From positions 64,001-112,428 of IMG/VR virus record IMGVR_UViG_3300028379_000400: a DNA stretch of 48,428 bases; one strand, given 5' to 3'. The position numbers and the translations under genes are program-made. The notes beneath the pieces were generated by a model. It worked only from the letters and a program-made list of their open reading frames with translations. It was not told the origin of the DNA and did not search any database. Source of the DNA: a virus. Its lineage: Duplodnaviria; Heunggongvirae; Uroviricota; Caudoviricetes. Of this stretch, positions 1 to 7,243 are shown one piece after another. Position 1 is the stretch's first letter. The number at the start of each line of letters is the position of its first letter.

Positions 1-1
1 G

Positions 2-94
2 CTAGATCGCGACGGAAAGCTCGTCTCGGTCATCGAGACGACTGAGATCGTCGACCTTCAATCCTTCATCGAGAAACTGCATGCACGAGACTAA
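2..94 (+). CDS. 3' end of a gene truncated by the window edge (…LDRDGKLVSVIETTEIVDLQSFIEKLHARD*)
   Basis: Frame +2 is open from base 2 to TAA at 92-94 and overlaps the start of the next gene, as in the rest of this tightly coupled operon. Confidence 0.55.
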   Translation, partial: LDRDGKLVSVIETTEIVDLQSFIEKLHARD

Positions 95-749
95 TCAGGT
101 GTGGCGGCATAAGGTCCGCGGCACGACGTACCGCATCATTGGCACGGCCATTTATCTCGACGACCACGCTGCCGTCGAAGGGCAAGTGATCTCGATCGAG
201 GTCGACAAGCTGAGCGGTCTTTGGATTGCTCGCCTCGCGACGGCCGATGGTCCGGTCAATCACGCTTCGCTGCAGGCGGCCGCGCCGGTGGGCAAGGGCG
301 ACTTCCTAGTGCTCTACCAGAGCAACATCCCCGACGAGGACGAGCGTATCCCCGTGACGTTCCTCCGGCCACTGGCTGAATTTCACGATGGGCGCTTCGA
401 GTTGGTCCCTGTGCCGACGCTCGCGCTAAACAACAGCAAATACAGCGAGGCAGAGCGCGAAGCTCTTATGTCGCTTGGCCAGCATATCCTCGCCCGCGGC
501 GGCGATCGGTTCACCGTCGGCCACGCGAAAACGATCCTAGACCTTCTGGTGAAGTTGGATCGCCCGGCAAAAAGCGCGGCGTGGCGCCCGTGGACAGAAT
601 TCGACCTCATCGACGTGCCCGGCGACTCGATCATTGACGTCCGTACCGGCTCTGACACGCCGGGCGGCGCTCACGTCTATCGCCACCAGCCCCGCAGCAA
701 TTTCTCGCTGGGCGGGGGCAACATCATCGCATGGAGATACGCAGTATGA
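81..749 (+). CDS. Modular phage protein with DUF1653-like N-terminal domain
   Basis: WRHKVRGTTYRIIG...VLYQ...FLRPLAEFHDGRFE matches the HxKxGxxY...RPxxEFxDGRF pattern; the stop overlaps the next ATG (ATGA at 746-749). Confidence 0.65.
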   Translation: MHETNQVWRHKVRGTTYRIIGTAIYLDDHAAVEGQVISIEVDKLSGLWIARLATADGPVNHASLQAAAPVGKGDFLVLYQSNIPDEDERIPVTFLRPLAEFHDGRFELVPVPTLALNNSKYSEAEREALMSLGQHILARGGDRFTVGHAKTILDLLVKLDRPAKSAAWRPWTEFDLIDVPGDSIIDVRTGSDTPGGAHVYRHQPRSNFSLGGGNIIAWRYAV

Positions 750-1438
750 GCGAGACCGGTCCCAAAATTTACGGCGCCGCGCCAATCGACCTCGGCAAAG
801 TCGACCTCTCGCCGACCGAGATGCTGTTCTGGCTGTATTGCCCGATCAAGCTGTCGAACATCGACGAAATCGTCGTCCCGCCCAACCTCGAGCAGTTCTG
901 GCCGATCATCAATGCCTGCTGGGATGCTAGCGACCCGGCCGAGTGGCACAGCCGCTACGTCTACCTCACAGCCAAGACGCTTTGGGTGACCAACGACAAC
1001 CCGGCGCAGCGCCGCGGCTGGCACTGCGACGGCTTCATGACCGATGACGTCAACTTCATCTGGTACGACAGCGAGCCGACCGTCTTTGCGGTGGGGCCGG
1101 AGTTGGTGGCCTTCACCCAAGAGCACAAGAAGGCTCTCGAGGAGATGGATGCAGCCGGCGAGGCATTCCGCAACTTCAGCTATCCCGTGAAGCATCTCCT
1201 CCGGCTCGATCAGACGGTCCTGCATCGCGTCGGCGACTTCGGCGCGCCGGGCATGCGGTCCTTCGTCAAGCTGTCGGTGTCACGCCATCCGTTCAATCTG
1301 GTCGGCAACTCGGTGAACCACGCGCTGGCGCCGGACTGGCAATACGCGAAGCGCAGCGCGACGCGGAATCCGGAAGTCGCCAAGCTCGACGATCACAGCA
1401 ACGCGGCGGGCAAGCAGGGCTGGGGCGAGCAGCATTGA
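746..1438 (+). CDS. Putative 2-oxoglutarate/Fe(II)-dependent dioxygenase-superfamily protein
   Basis: RRGWHCDG (HxD), downstream VLHR (distal His) and RSFVKLS (2OG-binding basic residue); GGAG RBS at 733-736; ATGA coupling supports a start at 746 rather than 731. Confidence 0.65.
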   Translation: MSETGPKIYGAAPIDLGKVDLSPTEMLFWLYCPIKLSNIDEIVVPPNLEQFWPIINACWDASDPAEWHSRYVYLTAKTLWVTNDNPAQRRGWHCDGFMTDDVNFIWYDSEPTVFAVGPELVAFTQEHKKALEEMDAAGEAFRNFSYPVKHLLRLDQTVLHRVGDFGAPGMRSFVKLSVSRHPFNLVGNSVNHALAPDWQYAKRSATRNPEVAKLDDHSNAAGKQGWGEQH

Positions 1439-1719
1439 TCGAGCTCGTCGAGCCCGACGAAGAACACCACTTCCACCAGCCATGTGACCGGTGCGGCGGC
1501 CGCGGCCACGGGCCATCACCTCCGACGGGCCACGGCTGGTGGTGGGACGAGCGAGAACTGTCGCTGTTCCACAGCCTGGAGGCAGCCAAGGCGCCCGATA
1601 GTTGGGATGGCCCGGGCTGGGATGAGAGCGACGACGTGCCGTGCCCGTTCTGCGGCGGCACAGGTCTGATCGAAGGCGGCGACGAAGCCGCTAATGAACC
1701 CGAGGAAATAGCCTTTTGA
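1435..1719 (+). CDS. Small DnaJ-type zinc-finger protein
   Basis: Two CxxCxGxG motifs (CDRCGGRG, CPFCGGTG); TTG start overlaps the upstream stop. Confidence 0.6.
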   Translation: MIELVEPDEEHHFHQPCDRCGGRGHGPSPPTGHGWWWDERELSLFHSLEAAKAPDSWDGPGWDESDDVPCPFCGGTGLIEGGDEAANEPEEIAF

Positions 1720-2078
1720 CTGAGCCAATATTCGTCTTCGGGAGCAATCTCGCCGGCCGTCACGGCAAAGGCGCCGCGCTATGGGCGCTAAAGCATCGCG
1801 GCGCCATCGTAGGGCAGGGGAAGGGCCTTCAAGGCCAGAGCTACGGCATCCCCACGAAGGACGAGAACATCCGCACGCTGCCGATCATTGAGATCCGCGG
1901 CTACGTCAACGAATTCCTCGAGTTCGCTCGCTCCAGGAAGGACCTGCAATTTGAGCTGACGCCGATCGGCTGCGGACTCGCCGGCTATCGGCATAACCAG
2001 ATCGCGCCGCTGTTCGCCAGCGCGCCGTCCAACGTGATCATCCCGCCAGAGTTCGCGGGATTCTTGGGGAACCGCTAG
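1716..2078 (+). CDS. A1S_2505-like phage protein, macrodomain-like fold
   Basis: IFVFGSNLAGRHGKGAA, GQSYGIPTK and TPIGCGLAG motifs. Confidence 0.7.
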   Translation: MTEPIFVFGSNLAGRHGKGAALWALKHRGAIVGQGKGLQGQSYGIPTKDENIRTLPIIEIRGYVNEFLEFARSRKDLQFELTPIGCGLAGYRHNQIAPLFASAPSNVIIPPEFAGFLGNR

Positions 2079-2080
2079 CG

Positions 2081-2677
2081 ATGGCGACTATCGAACTGGC
2101 AACCAGTCGCTTCAACACCATTGTCGACCAGGTCGAGAACCGCTGCATGGCTGCGGACGGCCCGGTAACGCCGACGCTGCAGGAAATCAGCGAGGATGAG
2201 CTCTCCGAGCTTTGGCGCTGCGTCCAGATCATCCGCGCCGGGACGCCTAGCGAAGAGCGTCCATCTGAGACCTCAATGGAGCTAATCGGCGCCGCTACCG
2301 AGCTTCTGCAAGCGATGCTGCTGCCTAACGCTTTTGAGCGAGCCAGCGGCACCGTGGCCTTCGCCGGTATGAAATTGGGCGGCATAATTGCCAACTTCGG
2401 GGTGAAATGGACTGATCTGACCAAGCTGGCAACCCATCGGCATAAGAAGCGAGGCAGCGAATATGTGCTGCTGGGCTACGGCAAGATGCAGGCCGAAGGC
2501 TGGATCGACGTAAGCCAAGTCAAAATGCTTGGCGACGGAGCGCGTTCCGCCGACATGCGAGACGTCGCGATCTACCGCGCTGTCGAGGACGGGTCGCTGT
2601 GGGCGCGCCCGAAAGAAGAGTTCGAGGACGGCAGGTTCGAACCCATCGCTCCAATCCCGCTAGGAGCGCAGGAATAA
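2081..2677 (+). CDS. Modular phage protein with C-terminal DUF1653-like domain
   Basis: THRHKKRGSEYVLLG...AIYRAVEDGSLWARPKEEFEDGRFE; paralogous to the domain in 81-749. Confidence 0.7.
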   Translation: MATIELATSRFNTIVDQVENRCMAADGPVTPTLQEISEDELSELWRCVQIIRAGTPSEERPSETSMELIGAATELLQAMLLPNAFERASGTVAFAGMKLGGIIANFGVKWTDLTKLATHRHKKRGSEYVLLGYGKMQAEGWIDVSQVKMLGDGARSADMRDVAIYRAVEDGSLWARPKEEFEDGRFEPIAPIPLGAQE

Positions 2678-2952
2678 TGGGCCTCCTCCTTTACGGCCTG
2701 CCGATCCTGTTGGGCTTCGTTGTCGGCTATTTCTTCACTCTACCGATCGCTCTAAGCGTTAGCTTCGTCGCGTTGGCCATTGGCATCTATGGCTTGTGGT
2801 CGACTCGTAACGCAGAAATCGGCGGACTGGTCGGCGTCATCGCCATATTCGAGACTGCTATCTTTGCCGTCTCGGTCTGGGTCACCATCGCTCTAGTCAA
2901 TCAGGCATTCCATTACATCAGCCTATCTTGGCTGCTGCGCGGTGTCTCGTGA
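2677..2952 (+). CDS. Small membrane protein (about 3 TM segments)
   Basis: TAATG overlap with the upstream gene, AGGA RBS; MGLLLYGLPILLGFVVGYFF... is hydrophobic throughout. Confidence 0.6.
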   Translation: MGLLLYGLPILLGFVVGYFFTLPIALSVSFVALAIGIYGLWSTRNAEIGGLVGVIAIFETAIFAVSVWVTIALVNQAFHYISLSWLLRGVS

Positions 2953-3161
2953 GCCACGATAAAATGAGGCCGTCGACGCCGCTAGATGACTTCGACCGCA
3001 GCATGCACGTCCTCATCGCTGCCGCCATGTGGGGCGCATCCCGCAAGGCCTTTCTCGCGCTGCCCAGTGGCTCTCCCGATGCCGCCGCCGCGCTTCACAC
3101 CCTGTCAGAAGCCGAGGACGGCCTGCGTGCCGCGCTCGCAGCTTTGGAGAAAACACTTTGA
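2949..3161 (+). CDS. Hypothetical helical protein
   Basis: GTGA overlap with the upstream stop; fills the gap in the coupled operon. Confidence 0.5.
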   Translation: MSHDKMRPSTPLDDFDRSMHVLIAAAMWGASRKAFLALPSGSPDAAAALHTLSEAEDGLRAALAALEKTL

Positions 3162-3352
3162 TCCTCATGCCCATTGGCTGGTGGCTTGCGCCGCTGGCAA
3201 TCACCCTCCTTTCGTTCGGCTGGGCCATCCTCACGCCGGCATCACCCTACAACGGCAGCAAGTATTTCCCTGATCCCATGCCGTTCATTCGGCTGGTCGG
3301 CGCCATCGTCATTTCGCTGGTCGCGTGGCTCGTATGGGCATTGTTCAGATGA
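3158..3352 (+). CDS. Small 2-TM membrane protein
   Basis: TTGA overlap; IGWWLAPLAITLLSFGWAIL...IRLVGAIVISLVAWLVWALF. Confidence 0.6.
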   Translation: MILMPIGWWLAPLAITLLSFGWAILTPASPYNGSKYFPDPMPFIRLVGAIVISLVAWLVWALFR

Positions 3353-4482
3353 CCGAGCAGAAGTCGGGCGCAGAGCCGGCGCTATACGCGGCGCAAGAAA
3401 CGCTTGATCGAGTCCGTCGATACGGAACGGTTTGGCGTGGGCACCTGACACACAAGTCAGGCGAAGTGGCCCTGTACCTCAAACCCTTACCGCCTGAGCC
3501 TACTGCTGAGGTCTTACTCAATCTTGAGGAAGCCATTCTCGCTTGCCGCACGCTCACCGACCTTCGTTCAACGCAGATTACCATTCAGCGCATGAGAGGT
3601 GCGGCCGACGCCTCCCCACCCTTATCCCCGGCGGAGGAGGTGGTAGAGAGCCGGGTATCCGAAATCGCTCTTATCATCGATCCTCACGCGTTCGCTCCCA
3701 TTGCGCCCGACATGGAGCCGCCGTTTGACGACATGGTTCGGCAGGATCGCGAACTTGCACTGAGCAAGGCTCGTCGCATTGCCCCCCTCTGCTCAACCAG
3801 TGCGGAAGATGGCAAGCTCGCCGAACTTGAAGCCGAGGTCACCAAGCTTAAGCGCGTGGCCACAGACCGCCGCTACATGCTCGATGCGTATCGGTCGATG
3901 CTTGGCGAAACCGGGCTCAAGGTCGCCAAGATGTGGGACGAGAAAGGCGTAATACGCACGCATTTCGATTGGGCTTCCGGTGCGCACCGCATGACCGGCG
4001 AGGAGCGGGCACAATTCATTCTGGGTCTCGAAAACCTTCCGTCAACGCAGATCACTAGCGATGCTGATTTCGGCCCGATGACCGGATTTCTGGCCACGCT
4101 TGATGATGAGCAAAAAGAGGCCGCCCTATCGTTCGAGGGCCCTGACCTTCTTGGCGATCCATCCAAACTCGCCGTAGCCCGGCATGCATGCGCCGCCACC
4201 GGGCCATGCTCGGATAATGGTGACGGTTGCTCCTGCACAGACAGCGAGCTATCCGGCGCAGCCGACCGGGCCAGCAATGCCGGTGGTTATGTGCCGGCGC
4301 AGACTGATTCCGGCGCCATCGACGTTGCCATTCGCGTCGAGCGTGCCGCGATTGAGGCAGAGGCGCGGCGGTATGCTGGCTTCTACACCCCACATTCCGA
4401 TGGCTTCAACACGTTCGTGATTTTTGCCGATTGGGTTGCGGGGCGCTTCAAGCAGGAGCCGCCAGGTGGTCTGCAAGGCTGA
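3349..4482 (+). CDS. Mosaic phage accessory protein (multi-module, coiled-coil centre)
   Basis: ATGA overlap at 3349-3352; long ORF with a KLAELEAEVTKLKR coiled coil. Confidence 0.6.
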   Translation: MTEQKSGAEPALYAAQETLDRVRRYGTVWRGHLTHKSGEVALYLKPLPPEPTAEVLLNLEEAILACRTLTDLRSTQITIQRMRGAADASPPLSPAEEVVESRVSEIALIIDPHAFAPIAPDMEPPFDDMVRQDRELALSKARRIAPLCSTSAEDGKLAELEAEVTKLKRVATDRRYMLDAYRSMLGETGLKVAKMWDEKGVIRTHFDWASGAHRMTGEERAQFILGLENLPSTQITSDADFGPMTGFLATLDDEQKEAALSFEGPDLLGDPSKLAVARHACAATGPCSDNGDGCSCTDSELSGAADRASNAGGYVPAQTDSGAIDVAIRVERAAIEAEARRYAGFYTPHSDGFNTFVIFADWVAGRFKQEPPGGLQG

Positions 4483-4542
4483 ATGATCGACGGCCTGGGC
4501 GACATCTCGAAGCTGCATGCGCAACACAGGGAGGGCTGAGTC

Positions 4543-4866
4543 ATGGCCAACAAAAATCTGCGACACGCAGCGATCAGGGCCGGCGTAACCGAAGAGCAGG
4601 CAGAGCGTTTGATGAGGGAGCTCAGCAACTTCACGCACGGAATGGCCGAGGCGGGCGACGTTGCCGTACCCCCGTTTTCTTGGCCGACTGACATGGAGGC
4701 GACTCTGCGAGAGTCGTTCCCCGGTTGGGAGGGCCTGACTCGAGGCGAATACAATGGCACCCGCGCTGCCGTGATATGGAGAGGAATTTGCGAGTATCTT
4801 CTCGCTGACGACCGCCATCTGGGATGGGAACACAAGCCATGGCCCCACCCGGTCGAGCGCGAGTGA
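4543..4866 (+). CDS. Hypothetical protein
   Basis: GGAGGG RBS upstream; co-oriented; the stop overlaps the next GTG. Confidence 0.55.
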   Translation: MANKNLRHAAIRAGVTEEQAERLMRELSNFTHGMAEAGDVAVPPFSWPTDMEATLRESFPGWEGLTRGEYNGTRAAVIWRGICEYLLADDRHLGWEHKPWPHPVERE

Positions 4867-5117
4867 GGCCTTGCATCCACTTCGTCGGCTTCCGCGGCGA
4901 GGAGTGGTGGAGCGCCATCAAGATCTGGGGCTGGCCCGATTTCGTCCACCGCGGATGGGATAGGCGAGCTGCTCGAGAGATCGCGCCCGGCGACGTTCTG
5001 ATCTTTGCCAAGGGCAGCGATCGCCATGCGCCGGCGGAGCGCAATTTCAACGATATCGATGAGGCGTGCTATGACGACGAACGAGAGGGAGGCATCGCCG
5101 ATGAGCACGATGATTGA
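4863..5117 (+). CDS. Conserved-looking phage hypothetical protein (HFVGFRGEEW...PDFVHRGWD)
   Basis: GTGA overlap at 4863-4866; aromatic-rich motif of a kind seen in alphaproteobacterial phage small proteins. Confidence 0.6.
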   Translation: MRPCIHFVGFRGEEWWSAIKIWGWPDFVHRGWDRRAAREIAPGDVLIFAKGSDRHAPAERNFNDIDEACYDDEREGGIADEHDD

Positions 5118-5400
5118 GCGCGTTGAGGCGGCGATCGTGACAGCGCTCGACGCGGCCGACATCGACGGCAAAGGCTACGCCCACATCGAGCGCAATGGCG
5201 AGTTTGTGAGGATCGACGGGAACTTCAGGACAGCCGACGTCGCCCGGGCGGCGATCCTGGCGATGCGCGGCCCGACGGAAGAAATGGCCGAGGCGGGAAA
5301 GACGGCTCAAGATGCAGAGGAGGGCGATCAGGCCACCGTCGAAGGAGTCTCCGCAGCATTTACAGCCATGATCGACAAGGCCGTCTCCGAGAAGCCATGA
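5101..5400 (+). CDS. Phage hypothetical protein with ARAAIxAMRxPTEEM module
   Basis: GAGGGAGG RBS; recurrent phage helical module VARAAILAMRGPTEEMAEAG...AMIDKA. Confidence 0.65.
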   Translation: MSTMIERVEAAIVTALDAADIDGKGYAHIERNGEFVRIDGNFRTADVARAAILAMRGPTEEMAEAGKTAQDAEEGDQATVEGVSAAFTAMIDKAVSEKP

Positions 5401-5597
5401 CGGTCGTCCTGATCACCGGAGGCCGTACCTATTTCAACGAAAACCGCGTCTATCAGGTGCTGGACGCTGCGGTAGAGCGCCTTGGCCTGACTTCGATCAT
5501 CCACGGTGACGCCGACGGCGACGTCGGCACTCGCGACATGGTGCGAAGGGCCAAAAAAGCGGGTTTGAGGGTCATTTTCATCGATTGGGATGGCTAA
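5397..5597 (+). pseudogene. SLOG-superfamily (DUF2493/YspA-like) gene with an apparent internal in-frame deletion
   Basis: N-terminal VLITGGRTY...IIHGDADG is joined directly to C-terminal GTRDMVRRAKKAGLRV; the usual middle part (ADWxxxGKxAGxxRN...AFPGG) is missing; only 66 aa. Confidence 0.55.
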
Positions 5598-5709
5598 AAC
5601 CCCCAAAATGCGAGTTTTCGGTTGAAAGTGCCTGAAAACGCTCATAAATCGCCGATTTGCGCCAAAAACGCCAAAAACGGCCGATTTTCGGTGATTTTCG
5701 GTCAAAAAA
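5596..5709. other. Block of 12 phased A/T tracts (about 10 bp period), predicted intrinsically bent DNA
   Basis: A/T runs start at 5596, 5605, 5615, 5625, 5635, 5646, 5655, 5664, 5673, 5684, 5694 and 5704. Confidence 0.8.
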
Positions 5710-5916
5710 CGTCGCTAATACAGATAACATAGCAGCCGAACTTGACTCAAAACATGAGGACTTTCGGTGGTGGTCTCAGATGGCCTTACTACGTCCACGC
5801 TCGTTCGTGGACGTCCGGAGCGTGCAAAAAAAGTTGGTCGCGCGGAAATACAGAGCGGTCGCTGATTACCGACACACCAGATGAAGCGTATTGGGGCAGG
5901 GCGGTCCTACCACCCC

Positions 5917-5945
5917 TTGCGCATGAGGACTGTGCGAGTCATATA
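5917..5945 (+). promoter_or_regulatory. Putative sigma70 promoter for the tRNA array (TTGCGC-N17-CATATA)
   Basis: Resembles the rhizobial CTTGAC-N17-CTATAT consensus; lies about 100 nt upstream of the first tRNA. Confidence 0.45.
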
Positions 5946-6049
5946 GCCACCAGAAGTTCAAAAAGGGTCCAGAGCGGAATCGCCGCCGGGCCAAATCCTC
6001 TTCGGAAGCCGCCGCCATGTCATCCGACAGTTATCGATCATCGCAAATC

Positions 6050-6137
6050 GGAAGCGTGGCAGAGTGGCTTATTGCGCCTGGTTGCTAACCAGGTAGGTCT
6101 CCGGGCCTCGGGAGTTCGAATCCCCCCGCTTCCTCCA
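6050..6137 (+). tRNA. tRNA-Ser(GCT)
   Basis: GGAAGCG/CGCTTCC acceptor, CCTGG-TTGCTAA-CCAGG anticodon arm, long variable arm, TTCGAAT T loop, encoded CCA; U73. Confidence 0.93.
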
Positions 6138-6140
6138 TAC

Positions 6141-6230
6141 GGAGAGGTGGCAGAGCCTGGTTTATTGCAGCGGCTTCGAAACCCGTCGGATCGAAAGGTC
6201 CCGTGAGTTCAAATCTCACCCTCTCCGCCA
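6141..6230 (+). tRNA. tRNA-Ser(CGA)
   Basis: GGAGAGG/CCTCTCC acceptor, G73, long variable arm GGATC-GAAA-GGTCC, loop TTCGAAA; C31:C39 mismatch. Confidence 0.92.
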
Positions 6231-6240
6231 CACCCCTTTC

Positions 6241-6324
6241 GGGCCGGCTGGGCATGGGTGAGCCCAAGGCGCTGTAAACGCCCCGTGTTAAGCTGAGGTG
6301 GTTCAAATCCATCCCGGCCCACCA
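6241..6324 (+). tRNA. tRNA-Tyr(GTA)
   Basis: GGGCCGG/CCGGCCC acceptor, A73, GGCG-CTGTAAA-CGCC, extended variable region, CCA; C8 and an A27:C43 mismatch. Confidence 0.88.
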
Positions 6325-6390
6325 ATATCGAGGACTGTCGTGACCGACGAAAGCTTCACCTTACGACTTACGCGATTGCTGCTCAGCAGT

Positions 6391-6466
6391 GCGCGCGTAG
6401 GCAAGCGGTAAAGTCGGCGGGCTCAAACCCCGTTCTTCGTCAGTTCGAATCTGACCGCGCGCACCA
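6391..6466 (+). tRNA. tRNA-Leu(CAA) with a short (5-nt) variable loop
   Basis: GCGCGCG/CGCGCGC acceptor, A73, GCGGG-CTCAAAC-CCCGT, variable loop TCTTC, GTCAG-TTCGAAT-CTGAC; 76 nt. Confidence 0.85.
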
Positions 6467-6469
6467 TTT

Positions 6470-6545
6470 GCCCGATTGGCGGAATGGCAGACGCAGGCGT
6501 CTCAGAAACGTAAAGCTCCCGGTTCGAGTCCGGGATCGGGCACCA
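6470..6545 (+). tRNA. tRNA-Leu(CAG) with a short (5-nt) variable loop
   Basis: GCCCGAT/ATCGGGC acceptor, A73, Leu-type D arm GCGGAATGGCAGACGC, loop CTCAGAA, variable loop AAGCT; 76 nt. Confidence 0.87.
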
Positions 6546-6646
6546 CCCCCCAAGGAATTCTAGCATGATCGCTCTCCGCGCGCAGTGGCAACGCCAACAG
6601 ATCACCGCCGCGTAGTAGAGCATCCCCGCTCGGCTACACGGCGTCT

Positions 6647-6721
6647 GCCGGTGTAGCTCAGTGGTAGAGCATGGGTCTCCAAAACCCAGTGTCTTCGGTT
6701 CGATCCCGAACGCCGGCGCCA
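6647..6721 (+). tRNA. tRNA-Trp(CCA)
   Basis: Canonical cloverleaf, TGGGT-CTCCAAA-ACCCA, G73, CCA. Confidence 0.95.
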
Positions 6722-6722
6722 T

Positions 6723-6797
6723 TCCCTCGTGGTGCAACGGTAGCATTCCGGGCCCTGACCCCGGCGATACAGGTTCGAATCCAAGTCGAGGGAACCA
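6723..6797 (+). tRNA. tRNA-Gln(CTG), atypical (C33, distorted T stem, A73)
   Basis: TCCCTCG/CGAGGGA acceptor, CCGGG-CCCTGAC-CCCGG, T stem ACAGG/CCAAGT with a mismatch plus bulge. Confidence 0.75.
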
Positions 6798-6800
6798 ATT

Positions 6801-7232
6801 TTGGCCGATGTGACCTGCAAGGCATGTTCACGCTGCGGCCGAGTTAAACCACTAGAGGAGTTTCGTCGGTGCAGTGCGCACGGCGACGGCCGTACCTCTG
6901 AATGCAAGGCCTGTTTTAGCGCCCGAGAGGCGGAATATTACCGCTCGACGCCTAACAGGCGCGAGGCAATCAAGAATCGCCGGCAAGCGGTTCGAGCTAC
7001 GGCCAAGCAGGTAGTGCGAGCGTATTTGCTCCTGCACCCGTGCGTTGATTGTGGCGAAACCGACTTCGAAGTGCTGGAATTTGATCACCGAGACCCGTCG
7101 TCCAAGGAAAGCGACGTCTCGAAGTTGCTCACATTCTCCGTCGAGAAAGTCATAGCGGAAATCGCAAAATGCGACGTTCGCTGCGCCAATTGCCACAGAC
7201 GCAAAACGCGTAGGCAGTTCGGCTGGGTTTGA
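6801..7232 (+). CDS. HNH endonuclease with N-terminal zinc finger (putative homing endonuclease)
   Basis: CSRC...CKAC zinc finger; CVDCGETDFEVLEFDHRDP...KCDVRCANCHRRKT HNH core; TTG start 3 nt after tRNA-Gln. Confidence 0.85.
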   Translation: MADVTCKACSRCGRVKPLEEFRRCSAHGDGRTSECKACFSAREAEYYRSTPNRREAIKNRRQAVRATAKQVVRAYLLLHPCVDCGETDFEVLEFDHRDPSSKESDVSKLLTFSVEKVIAEIAKCDVRCANCHRRKTRRQFGWV

Positions 7233-7243
7233 GGAGTTTTCTG

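Noticed and set aside
5596-5709. CRISPR-like or iteron repeat interpretation of the periodic block
   Set aside because: Units are about 10 bp and not sequence-identical, with no spacers of CRISPR length; the periodicity is in A/T tracts only.
5741-5770. CTTGAC at 5741 as a sigma70 -35
   Set aside because: No acceptable -10 at 16-18 nt spacing (CGGTGG).
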